The notes beneath the pieces were generated by a model. It ran no database searches. It saw only the letters and a program-made list of their open reading frames with translations, and was not told the origin of the DNA. From the NCBI GenBank assembly GCA_027055005.1, contig JALUNR010000051.1, positions 1 to 42,656 on the forward strand: DNA of 42,656 nucleotides, given 5' to 3'. The stretch comes from Campylobacterales bacterium. GTDB taxonomy: Bacteria; Campylobacterota; Campylobacteria; Campylobacterales; QNZT01. Position 1 is the first letter of the stretch. Each line of letters begins with the position of its first letter. A program made the translations under genes and the position numbers. Positions 37,751-42,656 of this stretch are shown piece after piece.

Positions 37751-38781
37751 TACTCGATTACCTCATCAGCATCGCCTATTTGGATCTTACCTAACTCTAC
37801 CATTTTTTGTATCTCATCAACTATTTTTCTCTGAGATTCTTCCACATCTTTTACTTTTACTGGTCCTAAAAATTGTAACTCTTCTTCAAAAGCTTCTGAT
37901 GCTCTTTGTGACATATTTTCTAAAAATTTTTGTTTTAACTCATCAGTCGCACCTTTAAGGGCAATCATAAGAACATTTTTATCTAACTCTTTTAATATTT
38001 CTCTAATTGAATTTTTATCAAGCTTGATAATATCTTCAAATGTAAACATAAGTTCTTTTATAGTAGTTGCGAGTTCTAAATCCTCTTTTTCTAGTTTTTC
38101 AATAGTGTCTTTAGAAGCCTTTTGACTAAGTTTATTTAAAACTTCTGCAACTGCACGAGGTCCACCAACTTCTACTTTGTAAGATGTCAAAGCCTCTAAC
38201 TTTTTCTCTAAAATAGTTGAAATTCTTTTTATCACTGTTGGAGAAATATCTCCTAAATTTGCCATCCGTAAAGTTATATCAGCTCTTAAATCATCTTCAA
38301 AATAAGAGAGTGTTTCCGCTGCTAAATTTGGTTCCATATGAGCTATGATAAGAGCTACTGTTTGAGGATGTTCTTGTTGAATAAATCCAGCTAATTGATC
38401 AGGCTTTACTTTACTTAAATAAGCAAAACTTTTGCTTTCTCCTAACTCTTTAGCTAATTTATTTAATATAAGTTGGGCTGTATCTGCTGGAAATGTTTTA
38501 AAAAGTATCTCTTTTGCATATTCTATACCACCGCCTACAAGATACTTGTTTGATTGTATTAGTGCACTAAACTCTACTATTATGGCTGTTGCTATTGGTT
38601 TATCTACTCTTCTCGCTCTAGCGATACTTGCACTTATCTCTGTTATCATATCTATATCGAGATTTGAAAAGATTTTTGAAGTTGTATCATCTCCTATCTC
38701 AGTCAAAAATATAGCTAGTTTCTCTTTTATACTAAGTGCTTCATAAATTGCCTTTTGCTCTTCACTTAGTTTAGTTTCCAT
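37750..38781 (-). CDS. fliG: Flagellar motor switch protein FliG
   Basis: GGIEYA, EHPQTVA, MFTFED, ALKGA, NMSQRA. Confidence 0.97.
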   Translation of the reverse strand: METKLSEEQKAIYEALSIKEKLAIFLTEIGDDTTSKIFSNLDIDMITEISASIARARRVDKPIATAIIVEFSALIQSNKYLVGGGIEYAKEILFKTFPADTAQLILNKLAKELGESKSFAYLSKVKPDQLAGFIQQEHPQTVALIIAHMEPNLAAETLSYFEDDLRADITLRMANLGDISPTVIKRISTILEKKLEALTSYKVEVGGPRAVAEVLNKLSQKASKDTIEKLEKEDLELATTIKELMFTFEDIIKLDKNSIREILKELDKNVLMIALKGATDELKQKFLENMSQRASEAFEEELQFLGPVKVKDVEESQRKIVDEIQKMVELGKIQIGDADEVIE

Positions 38782-38790
38782 AATAGTTCC

Positions 38791-40461
38791 TTATACTTCT
38801 TTTTCATCATTTAACATCGCTTTTATAATATTAGCAATCTCTTCAGGAGCAGTTTCAATATCTTCTTTTACTTTTTCTAATAATACTTCGTGCCTAAGTT
38901 CATCTTGGTCAAGTGTTCCACCTATACCAAGCTCTTGTTCAACTTTTTTCTTCATCTTATTATACTCCTCTAAAGAGGATATATCCTCTTCATCTTCTAT
39001 TCCAAATTCACTATCTTTATCATTTTCATTAAGTTCAGGTTCATTATAATTTTCAAGCATCTTTTCACTAAATGGAACAATAAACTTTCTATAAAAAATA
39101 AATAAAATAAGCCCTGCAAAAAGATACTTTAAAAGTGGTGTAAAAGGATTTACATAATTTTGCAATATTTTATTTATTTTGTTTTTATTTTGCTGTTTAA
39201 AAGATGTATTACTAAACTCAAAGTTATTTACACTTACACTATCGCCTCTTTTAGGATCAAACCCTATTGTATTTTTTACAATACTAGTGATATTTGTTAT
39301 TTCATCTTTTGTTAGAGGGATATAAGTTATCTTACCTTTTTCATCTTTATAATTTCCATCTACAACTACTGCTGCACTAATCCTTTTTAAAGTAGCAAAC
39401 TCTCCTTTTATATCAGTAACCTTTTTTGAAACTTCATAGTTAGTTGTAGTTGAACTTTTTGAGTATTTTTCTTGCTCTTTTTTTGCACCATTTGGTTGAA
39501 TAGGACCTATATTACTGATAGCCCCAGGAACTCCTGAACTGTCTTTTTTAGCAGTTCCTGTTCGTTTTTCTTCGATAGTTTTTTCACTTCTTACTACATT
39601 TTCTGGATCATAATATTCACTTTTTTCTCTTTTTTGTTTAAAATCAAAACTTGCATTTACTTTCGCTACTAGTTTATTCTTACCACCAATAATAGGAGTT
39701 AAAACTGCTTCTATCTTTTTTTCTAGTGTTCTTTCATACTCTTTTTTATATCTTATCTGAGCCTTTACCAAATCATTGTCATATCCACCTAAGTCTTCAC
39801 TTTCAAGTGGATTTCCATTTTCATCTATAAGCTTTACATTTTCACTTTTTAACTTTGGAACTGAAGCTGCAACTAAATTTTTTATACCTACTATCTGTTT
39901 AAAAGAAAGTTTCATAGAAGGTTGTAAAACCAATACTACCGAAGCAGTAGGAAGTTCTGATTTTTCAGTAAAAACACTATCTTTTGGAAAAGCTATATGT
40001 ACTTTTGCATCTTTTATAGGAAGTAAAGATTCAACTGTTTTTGATAACTCTCCCTCTAATGCTCTTAAATATTTTATATTTTGAGCAAACTCTGTTTCTC
40101 CAAACTGTGTCTTATCAAATAGTTCAAATCCAACTTTAGAACTTTTTGGTATTCCTTTTGAAGCTATTGTTATTCTTTCTTTATAAACTACATTTTTAGG
40201 AACTTTTATAGTATTATCATTTACTATTTTATAAGGAATATTATCTTTTTCTAACTGGTCAATAACCAAAGCAGAATCACTAGCACTGATATTGTCAAAA
40301 AGTATTGCATAATCATTTTTATTTTTATTAGTTGTATATAAAACCAAAAAAACAATAAAAGCTATCACTGCAAAAGTTGATATACCTATAACCCACTTTT
40401 GCTTTGCACCTAAGTTCTTAACAAGTGCCGTGATTTGCTCCAATATAGTAGTAAAGTTCAT
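38791..40461 (-). CDS. fliF: Flagellar MS-ring protein FliF
   Basis: GFELFD, RALEGEL, ASVVL, GVPGAISN, TTNYEVSK, IGFDPKRGD; two TMs. Confidence 0.96.
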   Translation of the reverse strand: MNFTTILEQITALVKNLGAKQKWVIGISTFAVIAFIVFLVLYTTNKNKNDYAILFDNISASDSALVIDQLEKDNIPYKIVNDNTIKVPKNVVYKERITIASKGIPKSSKVGFELFDKTQFGETEFAQNIKYLRALEGELSKTVESLLPIKDAKVHIAFPKDSVFTEKSELPTASVVLVLQPSMKLSFKQIVGIKNLVAASVPKLKSENVKLIDENGNPLESEDLGGYDNDLVKAQIRYKKEYERTLEKKIEAVLTPIIGGKNKLVAKVNASFDFKQKREKSEYYDPENVVRSEKTIEEKRTGTAKKDSSGVPGAISNIGPIQPNGAKKEQEKYSKSSTTTNYEVSKKVTDIKGEFATLKRISAAVVVDGNYKDEKGKITYIPLTKDEITNITSIVKNTIGFDPKRGDSVSVNNFEFSNTSFKQQNKNKINKILQNYVNPFTPLLKYLFAGLILFIFYRKFIVPFSEKMLENYNEPELNENDKDSEFGIEDEEDISSLEEYNKMKKKVEQELGIGGTLDQDELRHEVLLEKVKEDIETAPEEIANIIKAMLNDEKEV

Positions 40462-40483
40462 CAAATCTACCTAAATTATGATA

Positions 40484-41584
40484 TTATAGGACACTTCTAA
40501 AAACCTCCAAAAATTTATCATTTTGCTCAGGTTTTCCAATAGTAACCCTTATGGCATTTAACCCATAGGATGTTAAATCTCGCACAATTATACCCTTTTT
40601 AAGCAAAATATTTGCTATTTCTTTAGAATTAAATTTTTCTTCAAAGAGTAAAGTAATAAAATTTGTATAACTATTTATAAAATTTATTTTATTTCTTTGT
40701 GCAAAATTTTCATATTTTTTCATCTGAGAAAAGTTTTGCTGGATGGAAAATTTTACAAATTCTTTATCTTTTAAAGCTTCTACTGCTGCTTCTAGGGATA
40801 GGGTTGTGATATTAAAAGGTGGACGAAGTTTATATAAGTTTTCTATTATAAATTTATTTGATATTCCATACCCAACTCTCATTCCTCCAAGTCCATATGC
40901 TTTTGAAAAAGTTCCAAGATATAAAACATTTGAAAAAGTATTTATCAAATCTTTTACATTTATAGCATAATCTTTATCTTTAAAAGATGCATACTCATTA
41001 TATGCTCCATCTATAACAATTAAAGTATTTGCATCGACCTCTCTTATAAATTTATAAACTTCTTTTGTTTGTAAACTTTCTCCTAGAGGATTATTTGGAA
41101 GACATAAAAATATGATAGAAATTTTATCTTTGTTTTTTTGATAAATATCATAAAACTCTTCTAAGTTATGAGTATTTGATGGAGTTTTAAAAACTTTTGC
41201 TCCTATCTGTTTTGCATATATTTCATACATCGCAAATGTTACGCCAGCTGTTAAAATCCCTTTTTGTCTGTTTGCCTTTGCTCTTATAGCAAACTCTATA
41301 ACTTGATCACTTCCAGCACCTATTATGATATTTTTAGTGTCAACTTCAAACCTTTTTGATAACCCATTTTTTAAGCGATACATACTATCATCTGGATATT
41401 GGCTCATTAAGTGAGCAGAGTTTTTTACTACCTCTACTACTTTTGGGCTTACTCCGTTTGGATTTTCATTTGATGCTAATTTTATCACATTTTTAGGTTC
41501 TATTCCAAACTCTCTTACTACTAACTCAATAGGTTTCCCACCCTCATAAGTTACTATATCTTTAAGTTCATCGTTAAAAATCAT
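40484..41584 (-). CDS. hisC: Histidinol-phosphate aminotransferase
   Basis: [41 protein letters not shown]; ATG 41584 in ATGA overlap with pheA. Confidence 0.95.
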   Translation of the reverse strand: MIFNDELKDIVTYEGGKPIELVVREFGIEPKNVIKLASNENPNGVSPKVVEVVKNSAHLMSQYPDDSMYRLKNGLSKRFEVDTKNIIIGAGSDQVIEFAIRAKANRQKGILTAGVTFAMYEIYAKQIGAKVFKTPSNTHNLEEFYDIYQKNKDKISIIFLCLPNNPLGESLQTKEVYKFIREVDANTLIVIDGAYNEYASFKDKDYAINVKDLINTFSNVLYLGTFSKAYGLGGMRVGYGISNKFIIENLYKLRPPFNITTLSLEAAVEALKDKEFVKFSIQQNFSQMKKYENFAQRNKINFINSYTNFITLLFEEKFNSKEIANILLKKGIIVRDLTSYGLNAIRVTIGKPEQNDKFLEVFRSVL

Positions 41585-42645
41585 TTTAATTCTCCATTTA
41601 CATAACTTCCAAGCCATTTTATAGAGTTTTTATCTTGTTTTAATAGTTTTTTAAAACTTTCATCTTCTCTATGTCCTTCAAAATCTATAAAAAACATAGA
41701 CTTAAACTTTTCCTCTTTTAATGGACGAGATTCTATTTTTAAAAGATTTATTCCTACTTCTTTAAATTTTTGTAAAAAATCAACCAAACTTCCAGCCTTG
41801 TCATCTAGTTTTGCAAGTATTGAAGTTTTATCAAAGTTACTTTTTCCATTTTTTATATCACTTAAAATTAGAAATCTTGTGCGATTTGCTTCGTTGTCCT
41901 CTATCTTTTCAAATAAAATTGGTAGATAATGAATTTTTGCTGCTATTTTAGAACAGATTGCTGCTGAGTCAGGATCGTCTTTTGCTCTTCTCGCAGCTGC
42001 TGAGGTTGAACGAGTAGGAACAAACTCAACATCAGTCAAAAAATGCTCATCCAAAAAGTTTATACACTGATTGTATCCTTGCGGATGAGAATAAATCCTT
42101 TTTATTTTTTTTATATCATCTTGTGTTGTAGCAAATGAGTGATGTATATCCATATACTCTTCTGCTACTATGAGAGAGTCATACTTAGCCAAACTATCAA
42201 GTGTAGCTCCTACTGCTCCATCAGTGTTGTTTTCTATCGGAACTACTCCAAATTTTACCTCTTTATTTTGTAAAACTTTAAAAACTCCCTCGATTGAAGA
42301 GATAGGTAGATAGTTACTCATCGCTCCAAACTTTAACTCTGCAGCTTGATGAGAGTAACTTCCCTCTGGCCCAAGATATGCTATTCTCTCAGGAAGTTCC
42401 AAGTTTCTACTAACTGCAAAAATTTCCATAAAAAGAGCTTCTATTGCTTCTTTATTTAAAAGTCCTTTGCTCATTTGTTCCAATCTATCAATGATAGCTT
42501 TTTCCCTCTCTGGCCGATAAATAGCACCTTTTGTTTGCTGTTTAAATTCTCCTACTTTTTTAACTACTTCCATCCGCTTGTTTAGTAGTTTTAAAAGTTC
42601 ATTGTCGAGATTGTCTATCTGGTTTCTTAAATCGTCTAAGTTCAT
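41581..42645 (-). CDS. pheA: Bifunctional chorismate mutase/prephenate dehydratase
   Basis: LR.QID.LD AroQ domain, [27 protein letters not shown]. Confidence 0.96.
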   Translation of the reverse strand: MNLDDLRNQIDNLDNELLKLLNKRMEVVKKVGEFKQQTKGAIYRPEREKAIIDRLEQMSKGLLNKEAIEALFMEIFAVSRNLELPERIAYLGPEGSYSHQAAELKFGAMSNYLPISSIEGVFKVLQNKEVKFGVVPIENNTDGAVGATLDSLAKYDSLIVAEEYMDIHHSFATTQDDIKKIKRIYSHPQGYNQCINFLDEHFLTDVEFVPTRSTSAAARRAKDDPDSAAICSKIAAKIHYLPILFEKIEDNEANRTRFLILSDIKNGKSNFDKTSILAKLDDKAGSLVDFLQKFKEVGINLLKIESRPLKEEKFKSMFFIDFEGHREDESFKKLLKQDKNSIKWLGSYVNGELK

Positions 42646-42656
42646 ATTCTGCCTTT

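Noticed and set aside
1063-40970. The other short track ORFs (60-114 aa) nested in or antisense to recognised genes, e.g. 1063, 1175, 2254, 3189, 6215, 6776, 10082, 14407, 20596, 32760, 38432, 39776
   Set aside because: They overlap confident genes, lack RBS and motifs, and have the composition typical of reverse-strand or off-frame shadows
1-42656. CRISPR arrays, tRNA/rRNA genes, IS elements, integrases, prophage or riboswitches (SAM before metK, TPP before thiE)
   Set aside because: No spaced repeats, transposase or phage ORFs seen; intergenic regions are short and AT-rich; thiE overlaps accD and the metK leader shows no structured GC-containing element

Overview
AT-rich chromosomal window from a flagellated Campylobacterota (Epsilonproteobacteria) bacterium, inferred from Helicobacter/Campylobacter-type porCDAB, recO and the pheA-hisC-fliFGH-dxs and fdx-ndk-yceD-rpmF-plsX-fabH gene orders. 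Bases 1-9960 are a denitrification/NO-respiration cluster. It holds heme d1 genes (nirC, nirJ, nirE-like), a canonical cNOR (norCB) and, pointing the other way, an atypical heme-copper oxidase. That enzyme has D-x3-D in place of the helix VI H-x3-Y/E motif and a subunit II with no CuA ligands, which fits the poorly characterised gNOR family. Several small unknown membrane proteins lie between and around the two reductases. Three perfect TTGAT-N4-ATCAA (Fnr/Dnr/Nss-type) boxes each sit exactly 22 nt from a -10 hexamer and appear to drive the whole block. Bases 9968-12042 form a small accessory patch: a secreted protein, an M15 peptidase and a second, stand-alone prephenate dehydratase. The rest is housekeeping. 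Three real or likely small genes missing from the ORF track are added: rpmF and two 52-aa membrane sORFs. No rRNA, tRNA, CRISPR array or mobile element was seen.
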